DNA of 56,677 bases from Anaerolineales bacterium (GTDB lineage: Bacteria; Chloroflexota; Anaerolineae; Anaerolineales; UBA11858). The notes under the pieces were generated by a model. That model ran no database searches. It was not told the origin of the DNA and saw only the letters and a list, made by a program, of their open reading frames with translations. Location: contig JADHXE010000002.1 of NCBI GenBank assembly GCA_016783125.1, forward strand, positions 1 to 56,677, in the 5' to 3' direction. The translations under genes were made by a program, and so were the position numbers. Below are positions 45,078-53,886 of the stretch, piece by piece (position 1 is the stretch's first letter; the number at the start of each line of letters is the position of its first letter).

Positions 45078-45848
45078 ATGACTCACATATTAGTAACTAA
45101 TGACGACGGCGTCACCGCTCCCGGCTTGCTGGCTTTGGCATTAGAGATGCAGCAGCTTGGTGAAGTGACCATTCTAGCCCCTGACCGCAACTGGTCAGCT
45201 TCGGGGCATGTCAAGACCATGCACCGTCCGCTGCGGGTCAAAGAAGTGCAGCTCGAGGGCGGTATGACTGCTTTGGCCAGTGACGGCGCGCCATCCGATT
45301 GTGTCGCGCTGGCTCAGTTGGGTTTAGTAGAGAAAAAGATCGATGTGGTCGTTTCGGGGATCAACCCCAATGCCAATATCGGGCATGATGTGACTTACTC
45401 AGGCACGGTCACGGCGGCGATGGAGGCTGTGATTGGGGGAATCCCAGGTGTGGCGGTCTCGTTGGATTCTCCCGATAACCATCTGGGCGTTTTAGATTAT
45501 GGTCCGGCAGCGCGTTTTGCGCGCAAGATAGTAAAGACATTACTGAGACAGGGTTTCCCCGAAAAAACGGTCATCAATATCAATGTGCCTTATTTGCCTG
45601 AAGATGAAATCGTTGGCTGCCAGGTCACTCGCCAGGGTTTGCGCGTCTACCGCGATCAATTGGACCGCCGAGAAGATCCCCGCGGCAAGCCATATTACTG
45701 GATCGGTGGGGAGGCCCCGACGGGTGTGCGCAAGGATGGGACTGATTTTGGGGCTTTAAAGGCTGGGTATGTGTCAATTACACCTTTGCAACTGGATTTG
45801 ACTTCCTACAAGAATCTGGAAACGTTCCGAGAGGTGCAATGGGAATAA
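45078..45848 (+). CDS. surE: 5'/3'-nucleotidase SurE
   Basis: ILVTNDDG N-terminus, GINPNANIG, 256 aa. Confidence 0.9.
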   Translation: MTHILVTNDDGVTAPGLLALALEMQQLGEVTILAPDRNWSASGHVKTMHRPLRVKEVQLEGGMTALASDGAPSDCVALAQLGLVEKKIDVVVSGINPNANIGHDVTYSGTVTAAMEAVIGGIPGVAVSLDSPDNHLGVLDYGPAARFARKIVKTLLRQGFPEKTVININVPYLPEDEIVGCQVTRQGLRVYRDQLDRREDPRGKPYYWIGGEAPTGVRKDGTDFGALKAGYVSITPLQLDLTSYKNLETFREVQWE

Positions 45849-45850
45849 TG

Positions 45851-45972
45851 AATAGGGTGCGTTTCATTCCAGTGGAAGTAAACCCGGAAATAGGGGTGTG
45901 CGGGGGGTCGCAAAGCGCCCCCGCACACCCTTATTTCCGGAACTTTTCCGCTCGTTTGAAACACACCCTAAT
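45851..45972. repeat. Composite nested palindrome (same subfamily as the truncated copy at 1-40)
   Basis: Inner ccggaaataggggtgtgcgggggg-tcgcaaagcg-cccccgcacacccttatttccgg (45884-45940). Outer aatagggtgcgtttca (45851-45866) versus tgaaacacaccctaat (45957-45972), 14/16 complementary. Confidence 0.85.
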
Positions 45973-46020
45973 GAATATTATCGATTCGGGTGTATTTTAT
46001 TTGATAGTCTTGAGATGTTG

Positions 46021-46299
46021 TCAATCTTTACTTTGGACAGGAATTACGTAGGTTTTTGGCATTTTAGCGATGAAGGGACAAGCCGCCATTCCTGAACAAG
46101 AATCGCCGCAACTGCCAGAAAAACATTCGATTGACGCTGAAGCTAACTCTGCATCATCGTCCCGCAAGTGCCCTTTTTGTGCCAAATAAGTCAACATGCC
46201 TTCTAGCGAGCTGGAATCGATATCCAGTTTGCGGCTGAGGTCGTTGAGAAGAATCGTGCCATGGCTGTTTTTTATTTCTACCAACAATTGTTTCAACAT
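46021..46299 (-). CDS. feoC: FeoC-like small winged-helix protein with C-terminal Cys cluster
   Basis: LLNDLSRKLDIDSSSLEGMLTYLAQKGHL plus CFSGSCGDSCSGMAACP; directly downstream of feoB. Confidence 0.6.
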   Translation of the reverse strand: MLKQLLVEIKNSHGTILLNDLSRKLDIDSSSLEGMLTYLAQKGHLRDDDAELASASIECFSGSCGDSCSGMAACPFIAKMPKTYVIPVQSKD

Positions 46300-46308
46300 T
46301 TTTCACAG

Positions 46309-48060
46309 CTATCCTAATCCAAGCAGCACCCCGCCTTGAAAGACCACGAAAGCCATTAGCCAGGCCAGGCCAAACTGCCCGATGATGCTGACCCACATCC
46401 ATTTAGCACCCAATTCCTGGCGTTCAGCAGCGATAGCCACCATACAGGGGGTGTAGATCAAGACGAAGACCATGAAAGCCATCGAAGCTAAGGCGCCATG
46501 TCCGCCGCTGGATTCTTCAAAGCCGTCCCGCACGGCCTGCATCAGGGCAGTCGGCTCATTTTCCTCTTCTCCTTCAAAGAGGTTGACCCCAACAATCAGC
46601 GGTATGGATTTGATCGTATCGCCCGTCGCGCCGACAAAGGAGGTGATGATCTCCCCAACATCTTCAAAGAAGGTGGTCGCGTCCGCGTCCGCTTCCGCGT
46701 CGGCTTCTTTCACCGCGTAGACTTGTGCCATTGTGCTGACGACAACTTCTTTGGCGACAAAGCCGGTCACCAGCGCGCTGCTGGCTTCCCAGCTATTAAA
46801 TCCCAGCGGAGCCAAGACAGGGGCGATTGCCTCGTTCGCGGTGGCAAAGGCGCTGTTGCTGACATCAATCTCTGCAAAACTGCCGCTCCCATTGACAGGG
46901 ATTGCCATTAGGACCCACAGGAGGATACTGGTCGCCATGATGATCGTCCACGCTTTGCGGACAAAGGCGCTGGTGCGCTCCCACATGTGGAACCAGATGC
47001 CGCGCAAGGTTGGCAGGCGATAGGGGGGCAATTCCATCACAAAGGTAGATTGCTCTTTCCCTTTGAAAAGGGTGTTTTTGAGAATGATGCCCAAGACGAT
47101 CGCGGTGAGAATGCCGAGCAGGTATAAGCCAAAGACAACGCCGCTCTCGTTTTCGGGGAAAAAGATCGCCGCAAAGAGGACGTAAACTGGAAGCCGCGCA
47201 CCACAGCTCATAAAGGGAACCAGGAGTCCAGTCAAAATGCGATCCTTTTCATTCTCCAGGGTACGGGTGGCGTAAAGGGCGGGGACCGTGCATCCAAAGC
47301 CGACCAACATCGGCAGGAAGCTCTTCCCGTGCAGTCCCAACGCGTGCATCAAACGATCCATCACAAAGGCGGCGCGTGCCATGTAGCCAGAGTCTTCCAA
47401 AAGAGCGAGGGCGAGATAGAGGAACATCATCACCGGGACGAAAACCAGCACTCCGCCTACGCCGGCGACGATGCCGTCCACGAAGAGGCTCTCGACCCAA
47501 CTTCCGCCCAAGCCAAGCACGCCGAGAATGGCGACAATCCAGTTGGTGATGGGACCGCCGATAACGCCATCCACCCAATCGAGAAAAGGCGCAGAGACAT
47601 CGGCAGTGAGTTTGAAAACGATCCACATCGCGAGCAAGAAAATCGGGATGCCCAGCAAGCGATGGGTCACGATGCGATCCACTTTATCGGATGAAGTCAG
47701 GCGGTCGGGATTTGTGCGTTTGACTGTCTCGCGCACCAGGCCGTTGATCCAGCCGTAGCGATGGTCGGCGATGACCACATCCACGTCATCTCCATAAACT
47801 TCTTCGAGATGGGCGATGCTTTTCTCTGCGGCGGAGAGAATATCTGTGCCGCCCTCGAGTACCTTTAGGCGTATTTTGATATCGCTATCGCCTTCCAGTA
47901 ATTTGATTGCCAGCCAGCGTGAGGGATATTGACTCTCAATATGCGCGTGACGGCTGATCTCTTCTTGCAATTTGACGATTTCATTCTCAACTTCACGGCC
48001 ATAATCAATTGAGAAGCCTTCCCGTTGTGTGTAGGCACGTTTATGTTGATGGATTTTCAT
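46309..48060 (-). CDS. feoB: Ferrous iron transporter FeoB, helical + membrane part (split gene)
   Basis: Begins at the helical S-domain and continues through the FeoB membrane domain; ATGA overlap with the G-domain ORF. Confidence 0.85.
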   Translation of the reverse strand: MKIHQHKRAYTQREGFSIDYGREVENEIVKLQEEISRHAHIESQYPSRWLAIKLLEGDSDIKIRLKVLEGGTDILSAAEKSIAHLEEVYGDDVDVVIADHRYGWINGLVRETVKRTNPDRLTSSDKVDRIVTHRLLGIPIFLLAMWIVFKLTADVSAPFLDWVDGVIGGPITNWIVAILGVLGLGGSWVESLFVDGIVAGVGGVLVFVPVMMFLYLALALLEDSGYMARAAFVMDRLMHALGLHGKSFLPMLVGFGCTVPALYATRTLENEKDRILTGLLVPFMSCGARLPVYVLFAAIFFPENESGVVFGLYLLGILTAIVLGIILKNTLFKGKEQSTFVMELPPYRLPTLRGIWFHMWERTSAFVRKAWTIIMATSILLWVLMAIPVNGSGSFAEIDVSNSAFATANEAIAPVLAPLGFNSWEASSALVTGFVAKEVVVSTMAQVYAVKEADAEADADATTFFEDVGEIITSFVGATGDTIKSIPLIVGVNLFEGEEENEPTALMQAVRDGFEESSGGHGALASMAFMVFVLIYTPCMVAIAAERQELGAKWMWVSIIGQFGLAWLMAFVVFQGGVLLGLG

Positions 48061-48563
48061 GCGATTTTTTCCTCCGCAAGCGCGATGATGGTTTTGGTCA
48101 ATTGGTCAATCCCCTCGCCTTTGCTCGCGGCTGTTCTGACCACCGGGGACTCTAAGCCCTCGCTCAACATCGTCTGGTCAATCTTCAAGCCGCGCGAATC
48201 GGCCACATCTGCCATATTGAGTGCCACAATCACAGGGACGCCCAACTCCAAAACCTGCACGGTCAGGTAGAGATTGCGCTCAAGATTGGCGGCGTCTACC
48301 ACTGTCACGACCATATCGGGTTTTTCATTGATGATGTAATCACGAGCAATCACTTCTTCGGGTGAAAATGCGGTCAGGCTATAAGTGCCGGGTAAGTCAA
48401 CGACTTCGATTTCATACTCGCCGCTTTTGAATTTGCCTTCCTTTTTCTCGACCGTTTTCCCGGGCCAGTTCCCCACATGCTGGCGGGAGCCGGTTAGGGC
48501 GTTAAAAATTGTGCTTTTGCCAGCGTTCGGGTTACCGGCAAGCGCTACGCGTAACTCTTTCAC
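48057..48563 (-). CDS. feoB: FeoB G-domain as a separate ORF
   Basis: G1 [10 protein letters not shown]3 DLPGTYS, G4 NMAD; GTG start preceded by AAGGAG. Confidence 0.85.
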   Translation of the reverse strand: MKELRVALAGNPNAGKSTIFNALTGSRQHVGNWPGKTVEKKEGKFKSGEYEIEVVDLPGTYSLTAFSPEEVIARDYIINEKPDMVVTVVDAANLERNLYLTVQVLELGVPVIVALNMADVADSRGLKIDQTMLSEGLESPVVRTAASKGEGIDQLTKTIIALAEEKIA

Positions 48564-48634
48564 TTTTATTCTCCTTCGATATTTGCTTGATTGCCATTAC
48601 GCCCATCCAGTTAACGCGGGGGTGTGCGGATTGC

Positions 48635-49282
48635 TTATGGATTCTTAAGGCCAGTTTCAAGTTTATTACGTACTTCTCTCTTTACTCGCGCGGCGAGGAT
48701 TTCATCATGACCGCGTATGAATTTATCTACCGCTACAGGATCATGAACAACGAGCTCTCGGAGTGCCCAAGATAGGGCTTTTACAACCATATCATCACGA
48801 TCTTTTATGAGCATCTCGCATATGCTTAGGGTATTTTTAACATCTCCTCTACCACCATGTGATCTCATATTCAAGGCTACTGTACTTACAAGCGCTGCAC
48901 GCCTCCACCATCGATCTGGTGACTTTGCCCAATCTCGAATTGTATCTCCAGAAATTATTCCATCTCGCCATGCAGGCCCTGATATTGTCCGGGAGAAGCT
49001 ATCAACTGATGACCAGCTATTCATTCCTTGCCCTAGTTCTTCAATCTTTTCCCTATCCAAAGAATAAAATGCATCCGCATGATCTTGAATAAGTTCATAT
49101 ACAATCCACCGATGCCTCCCTGTTTTAAGAATCGACCGTGCTACTTCCAAGACATATGATGCATCTTCAGCACTTAGCTTCTTGGAATGTTCACGACGCA
49201 ACTTTCTCATCGGTACTGTTTTCATTTCAGGAAGGGATTCGAGTTCATTGATGCATAGTGCTGCAAATTCAACTGGCTGCAT
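48635..49282 (-). CDS. DNA alkylation repair enzyme-like HEAT-repeat protein (AlkD-like family)
   Basis: PDRWWRRAALVSTVALN and VVKALSWALRELV patterns; visibly lower GC than its neighbours. Confidence 0.6.
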   Translation of the reverse strand: MQPVEFAALCINELESLPEMKTVPMRKLRREHSKKLSAEDASYVLEVARSILKTGRHRWIVYELIQDHADAFYSLDREKIEELGQGMNSWSSVDSFSRTISGPAWRDGIISGDTIRDWAKSPDRWWRRAALVSTVALNMRSHGGRGDVKNTLSICEMLIKDRDDMVVKALSWALRELVVHDPVAVDKFIRGHDEILAARVKREVRNKLETGLKNP

Positions 49283-49340
49283 AGTACTTTCTCCCTATCG
49301 TATCTGATTTCAAATTTATTCCTTTAGGACTTACGCAGTC

Positions 49341-49430
49341 GCCCCCCTGGCCCCCAACCCTTCGATAAACTCAGGACAAACCTTGGGGGGAATCCCTTCT
49401 GCTCCCCCCAGAATTGGGGGCCGGGAGGGC
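49341..49430. repeat. G/C-run palindromic element overlapping the 3' end of the methyltransferase gene
   Basis: gcccccctggcccccaa (49341-49357) versus ttgggggccgggagggc (49414-49430), 15/17 complementary; inner ttggggggaatccc...tccccccagaa. Encodes the terminal KALPAPNSGGSRRDSPQGLS of the methyltransferase. Confidence 0.7.
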
Positions 49431-50090
49431 TTTCTCCACGATTTGCTCTGCACTTGCGTAAGTTTTACCTTTCAAGAGTATTCCAGCTCCAAGCAGAATA
49501 TGACGTTCATCTTTTATTTCGATTCCTGATTTTATTAGTAATGCTTCAAAGTCAGATTTGACAAATTCTGGGAAGTACTTGGTTTCATGAGCTTTCATAA
49601 GGTGATAAACCAAAAAACTACCAACTTTGTTCTTGGGCAAAGAATAATCAACAATCACTATGTTCCCTTCTGGTTTAGTGACTCTGACCATTTCTTCTAC
49701 CGCTTTTTCTCTAATAGTCAAGGGCATATCGTGTAAAGCCAGAGAAATGCTAGAAATATCAAAGTAACTATCCTCGAACGGGAGATCTGTGGCATCAGCA
49801 ACCTCGAATCTCAGATTTTTATATTCGTTCAGTCTCTTCGCAACTTCTATCATATCCTCGGACAGATCAACTCCCACAACATCATAGCCCTTTTTTGCAA
49901 ATGCAAATGCCAGCCCTCCTGTCCCGGTTGCAACATCAAGTATTCTTGAACCGGTTCTTACGTCAGAGAAATCCACGACTTTATCCCTAAATCTTGAAGA
50001 AGGGATATCCACCAGGAAATGATAAAATCGAGATTCTTTTCTAAACCATTCTTTTATGTATGAGTAATATTCATCATCCATTATTTTCAT
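49371..50090 (-). CDS. Class I SAM-dependent methyltransferase
   Basis: Motif I ILDVATGTGGLAFAFA; ATGA overlap with the upstream feoA; low GC by eye. Confidence 0.8.
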   Translation of the reverse strand: MKIMDDEYYSYIKEWFRKESRFYHFLVDIPSSRFRDKVVDFSDVRTGSRILDVATGTGGLAFAFAKKGYDVVGVDLSEDMIEVAKRLNEYKNLRFEVADATDLPFEDSYFDISSISLALHDMPLTIREKAVEEMVRVTKPEGNIVIVDYSLPKNKVGSFLVYHLMKAHETKYFPEFVKSDFEALLIKSGIEIKDERHILLGAGILLKGKTYASAEQIVEKALPAPNSGGSRRDSPQGLS

Positions 50091-50329
50091 CCAATAGCGT
50101 CGAGCGGCCTAACCATCACTTTATGCGCCATGCCGCGCCCCAAGGCAATACGCGAATCGCGCACAGAGATTAAAAGAGGTCCGCCGGCATCCTGAACAAC
50201 GCTCAACTCAACGCCCGGCGTCAGCCCCAGCGTGGTCAGGCGGTGAGTCAGCTTTTCGCCGCCATTGATGCTTTCCAGGCGAACTTGCTCGCCAATAGCA
50301 GCCATAGCCAGAGGAAACGTTTTCGACAT
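50087..50329 (-). CDS. feoA: FeoA-family small protein (copy 2)
   Basis: 80-aa SH3-like FeoA pattern (LTTLGLTPGVELSVV). Confidence 0.8.
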   Translation of the reverse strand: MSKTFPLAMAAIGEQVRLESINGGEKLTHRLTTLGLTPGVELSVVQDAGGPLLISVRDSRIALGRGMAHKVMVRPLDAIG

Positions 50330-50571
50330 TATTCCTCCTGCCCCTGCGGCTCGACCAGAATCTCGCTGGCTTCCGTCTTACGCAGCGAAAGGTGATAGCC
50401 CTTGATCACAAAATCAATTGGGTCTCCCAAAGGCGCCACCCTCTTCACCAAAATTGTCTCCCCCTTCACCAGCCCCATCGCCAGAAACCGCTGACGGGCA
50501 GCCCCCTTAAAGTTCATTTTGGCAATCACGCCCCTTTCGCCAACTTGCAAATTGCTCAATGGTACCGACAT
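50329..50571 (-). CDS. feoA: FeoA-family small protein (copy 1)
   Basis: RFLAMGLVKGETILVKRVAPLGDPI; start moved to M7 (50571), which has an AAGGAG RBS. Confidence 0.8.
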   Translation of the reverse strand: MSVPLSNLQVGERGVIAKMNFKGAARQRFLAMGLVKGETILVKRVAPLGDPIDFVIKGYHLSLRKTEASEILVEPQGQEE

Positions 50572-50585
50572 AAAACTCTCCTTTC

Positions 50586-51317
50586 TCAAGATGATGACTG
50601 AGCGGGTTCAGGCCGCCCAACACTGATTGCAGATGTCATTTCTGCGGACAGATGTACCCGCCGATCATGACTCTCCACTAAAAAATCGCCTCCGCTGCCG
50701 ATCGCGAGAACACGCACGCGGACCCCAGGCTTGATGCCCTCATTTGACAGAAAACCGGTCGTCAACGCATCCGCGTTAATCCGCATCACCTGAGCGGATT
50801 CGCCAATCTGCAAACCGCTCAACGGCATCCCATCGAAAAGCGCCAGGCCATCCCCCTCAAGCTGAGGAATGGGATCTCCGTGATAGCAAACCGTCGGATG
50901 CCCCAAAAAAGCCGAAAGCCGGTCAGCGACATCATCCGTGGTGATATGCTCCATGCGGCAGGATAGAGTATCGGCTTCATCGAGCGGCATGTTTAAGTAC
51001 TTGACCAGGAAAACTTCCCACAAGCGCCGGTAGCGCACGATTCGTACTACGAACTGCTTGCCCGAAGGCGTAAATTCGACTCCTTTGTAGGGATAATAAT
51101 TGACCAACCCATCATCAGCCATTTTTTTGACCATCTGATTGACGGATACTGGCAACACCGATAACGCCTCGGCCAGAATAGAGAGGGGCACAGGGCTATC
51201 GTTGCCCGTTTCCTGCAACTTGGCGATGGTTACCAAATACATTTGTTCGTTTTCGCTAATTGAATGATTGTTAGTGTTCGTCATAAGAAAACCGCCAGAA
51301 AGTTTATGGTTAGCCAT
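50586..51317 (-). CDS. DtxR/MntR-family metal-dependent repressor with C-terminal FeoA-like domain
   Basis: N-terminal wHTH (EQMYLVTIAKL...LSVLPVSVNQMVKKM), dimerisation/metal domain, C-terminal SH3-like domain; start ambiguous (M1 or M12). Confidence 0.8.
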   Translation of the reverse strand: MANHKLSGGFLMTNTNNHSISENEQMYLVTIAKLQETGNDSPVPLSILAEALSVLPVSVNQMVKKMADDGLVNYYPYKGVEFTPSGKQFVVRIVRYRRLWEVFLVKYLNMPLDEADTLSCRMEHITTDDVADRLSAFLGHPTVCYHGDPIPQLEGDGLALFDGMPLSGLQIGESAQVMRINADALTTGFLSNEGIKPGVRVRVLAIGSGGDFLVESHDRRVHLSAEMTSAISVGRPEPAQSSS

Positions 51318-51450
51318 AATATATCAAAAATATGAGCAGTTTATAAATGATATAGGTCATTAGATATTGATGACATTGTGCAGAAAAAGATAAAACCCCG
51401 CCAGGTTCAGATTGGTGGGGTTTCTGTGGAAATGCGTGGAACTAAGGGAA

Positions 51451-51933
51451 CTAGAAAAAGGTGTGGGCTAAAATTCCGGCCAATACCGGTACAACCAACC
51501 CTAACCCCCAGCGGATGGCCGCAAAGCGCCAGCCCATAAAGGGCAGCTCGAAGGTGATGGTCAGCAGGGCCTGGGTGGCCCAACTGGTGACCAGGGTGAC
51601 CGCGGGTCCCAATCCAGCGCCAGCGCTGTAGAGCACGGCGATGAGCGGGAATACCACATAAGGACCGCCGGGCAGCAACATGCCGATGCCCTCGGCTAGA
51701 AACAACCCTTTCCAGCCAGAGTCAGGCCCAATCCATGCCTGGACAAGCTCAGTGGGGGAAAGCACATTGACATACCCCACGATGACGAAAGCCACCACTA
51801 AAAGGGCGGCATTGCGCTTGGTTGTAATCCAGGCCATCCTGACGCCTTTTTGCAGGCTATCATCCCGACGGCTCCAGGCGTAGATAAGTAAGGCCGCCGC
51901 GATGATCCACAGGGAAATGGTAGCGGTGGTCAA
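51451..51933 (-). CDS. Small polytopic membrane protein, permease-like (paralog B of a pair)
   Basis: Shares W-x-G-x2-SGW-K/R-G...PGGPYV...GAGLG with the upstream ORF; ATGA-type overlap. Confidence 0.55.
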   Translation of the reverse strand: MTTATISLWIIAAALLIYAWSRRDDSLQKGVRMAWITTKRNAALLVVAFVIVGYVNVLSPTELVQAWIGPDSGWKGLFLAEGIGMLLPGGPYVVFPLIAVLYSAGAGLGPAVTLVTSWATQALLTITFELPFMGWRFAAIRWGLGLVVPVLAGILAHTFF

Positions 51934-52547
51934 TGATATTCCTTTGAGACTCCGGAAGTTTCCGTTCCATCATTTTGCTTGGATGTCTCTGCTAAAACTT
52001 CCGGAGTCTTGTTTATTGCCTTACGGATTTTGTCGATTGTTTTACCAAAGAGAGCTTCAGCCGCAAACCCTAGTATTGGGGGAATAACCAGGGTTATGAG
52101 AAAGCGAATAATTGTAATCCGAGGCCCCAACAGGGCAATTTCAACAGGTATGCGCGAGATGGACCATAAGTTTTTGGCAGTCACAAAGGCTATCAATGTG
52201 CCTAACCCGGCCCCAGTTTGCAATAGCGCCGCAGCGATGGGGTAGTACACATAAGGCCCGCCTGGAATCAGCGCGCCGCCCAGGCAGGCTAAAGCAATCC
52301 CCCGCCAACCAGATTCTGAGCCTAACCAACGGTTGACAGTTTCTTCTGTCACCAAAGCTTGAATCAGGCCCGCGGTTAGAAAAGCGGCAATTAGTAGAGG
52401 AATGACGCGCAGTAGAAATGATCCGCCGCTGAGTAATCCGTCGAGGGCCAACTCGGGACCGTCCTGACGCCAGGCGACTAAAGCCAGGGCGAGTGCCACT
52501 AACGCTAGGGCGAAAGGTGTGTAATCGAGTTTGCGTTTCTTGATCAT
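51930..52547 (-). CDS. Small polytopic membrane protein, permease-like (paralog A of a pair)
   Basis: Same conserved core as 51451-51933 plus a hydrophilic C-terminal tail. Confidence 0.55.
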   Translation of the reverse strand: MIKKRKLDYTPFALALVALALALVAWRQDGPELALDGLLSGGSFLLRVIPLLIAAFLTAGLIQALVTEETVNRWLGSESGWRGIALACLGGALIPGGPYVYYPIAAALLQTGAGLGTLIAFVTAKNLWSISRIPVEIALLGPRITIIRFLITLVIPPILGFAAEALFGKTIDKIRKAINKTPEVLAETSKQNDGTETSGVSKEYH

Positions 52548-52604
52548 TTTTGTGTAGACAGCAGACTTCAGTCTCCCGTCTTCTGTCTTCCGTCTCCGGT
52601 CTCT

Positions 52605-53870
52605 CTACGGTGTTATATGCTCAAAACGCCAGTTGGCGCCATCATTGGTAGCGGGCGAGGATGTGCCGACGATCTGAAACCAGGTGTTGCCTGGCCTGAG
52701 CGGAAAGCGGCTGCCATCGGGATAGGTCAGGGCAATTAGCTCCTCGGCGCTGGCCCTGGCCCAGCTAACCTCGTAGGCGCGCCCATCCCGGAAGAGATAA
52801 GCCTTGCCGTAGCCAATAAGCTTGATCTCCCACATCTCTGGGGAGCGCGAGAAGTAGCTGTGGGCGGCGAGTAGAACGATTACGTTATCAGCCCTAATCG
52901 GTTCTCCAGTCAGTCTGTCGGTGAGGATTTCGTATGCTTCGCCGCTGCCCCCGGTATGATCGTCCAAGGTGTCTTGGTAGCGCACATACTGCCCGTAAGC
53001 CGGATCGTAATCCCAGCGATTGTAGAAGCTCTGGCTGTAGCGGATGGTGACGCTGTTTCCGGCGGCGAATCCTTCGGGCGGGGCGGCCTGGAAGAATAAG
53101 CCATCCAGGTATTGGCGCGAATTATCAATGCGTTTTTCGGTAAAGTGTTCGCTCAGCACAGCTGTGTCGGCGATCAGGTGGTTGTGGCCGTTGGGATCGG
53201 TGCGGCAGAGCGGATAAGCTGTTGTTGGGGGGCAGGGCGCATCTGAGATGGAGATAAAGCGTTTGCCAAACCCGGTATTGAATATGCGCCAGAGCACGCG
53301 GGCGTCGGCGCTGCCGTAGGCGAAGAAGGATTTGTACATGCGGATGATGTGTTCATCAGCGAAACGCGCCGAGCGGATCGGGCCAACCATATCTGCATCT
53401 TGCCCGTAAAAGATGGCGTTGAAGCGCGTGCGCCCGACTTCCTGGTAATATTCATAGACGTGGTCAGCAAAGGAGAGTCCCCACTGCGGGCGAATGCCGC
53501 GCGGCCCATTGGAGATTTTGACCGCGATGGGCCGTCGATCTAACAGGCCAGGGGAAGCTGCGGGCAGGCCGGTGAGGGGATTGATGTCCTCGGGGAATCT
53601 GATGGGGCCATACCCCTCAGCAGGATAATTATCAAGCGGGCTGGGTGTGGCCGTGGCCGTTGGGGTCGGCTCATCTGTTGGTGTTGGGGTGGGAGGCTCT
53701 GTGGATGTTGCCGTCGGTGGCACCTCTGTGGGGGCAGCAGTATCCGTGGGGGTAACTGTATCCTCTGCAACGGCGACGGGAGTCCCCGTTGGGGATGGGG
53801 TTAGCGCTTGGGTGCAGGCGCCCAGCATAAAGACCAGGATAAACAAGATTATCGGGATCCGTTTTTTCAT
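52605..53870 (-). CDS. DUF3048-family lipoprotein (copy 2)
   Basis: Lipobox MLGAC after M16, P/T-rich linker, RPIAVKISN...RPQWGLSFADHVYEYY...GPIRSARF core. Confidence 0.75.
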   Translation of the reverse strand: MKKRIPIILFILVFMLGACTQALTPSPTGTPVAVAEDTVTPTDTAAPTEVPPTATSTEPPTPTPTDEPTPTATATPSPLDNYPAEGYGPIRFPEDINPLTGLPAASPGLLDRRPIAVKISNGPRGIRPQWGLSFADHVYEYYQEVGRTRFNAIFYGQDADMVGPIRSARFADEHIIRMYKSFFAYGSADARVLWRIFNTGFGKRFISISDAPCPPTTAYPLCRTDPNGHNHLIADTAVLSEHFTEKRIDNSRQYLDGLFFQAAPPEGFAAGNSVTIRYSQSFYNRWDYDPAYGQYVRYQDTLDDHTGGSGEAYEILTDRLTGEPIRADNVIVLLAAHSYFSRSPEMWEIKLIGYGKAYLFRDGRAYEVSWARASAEELIALTYPDGSRFPLRPGNTWFQIVGTSSPATNDGANWRFEHITP

Positions 53871-53886
53871 CGTAATTATCCGCAAT

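Noticed and set aside
14450-45972. CRISPR array as an explanation for the recurring about 55-nt palindromes
   Set aside because: Copies are kilobases apart with genes between them. They are internally palindromic with A/T-run flanks like terminators, their sequences vary, and no cas genes are present.
46309-48563. feoB as a frameshifted pseudogene
   Set aside because: The break falls exactly at the G-domain / helical-domain boundary with an ATGA stop-start overlap, and both parts are otherwise intact. A natural split gene is more likely, although a sequencing error cannot be excluded.
48600-48640. Fragment cgcgggggtgtgcgg resembling the palindromic-repeat core upstream of the feoB G-domain
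   Set aside because: Only about 12 nt match, with no partner arm or A/T runs. That is too short to call a family member.
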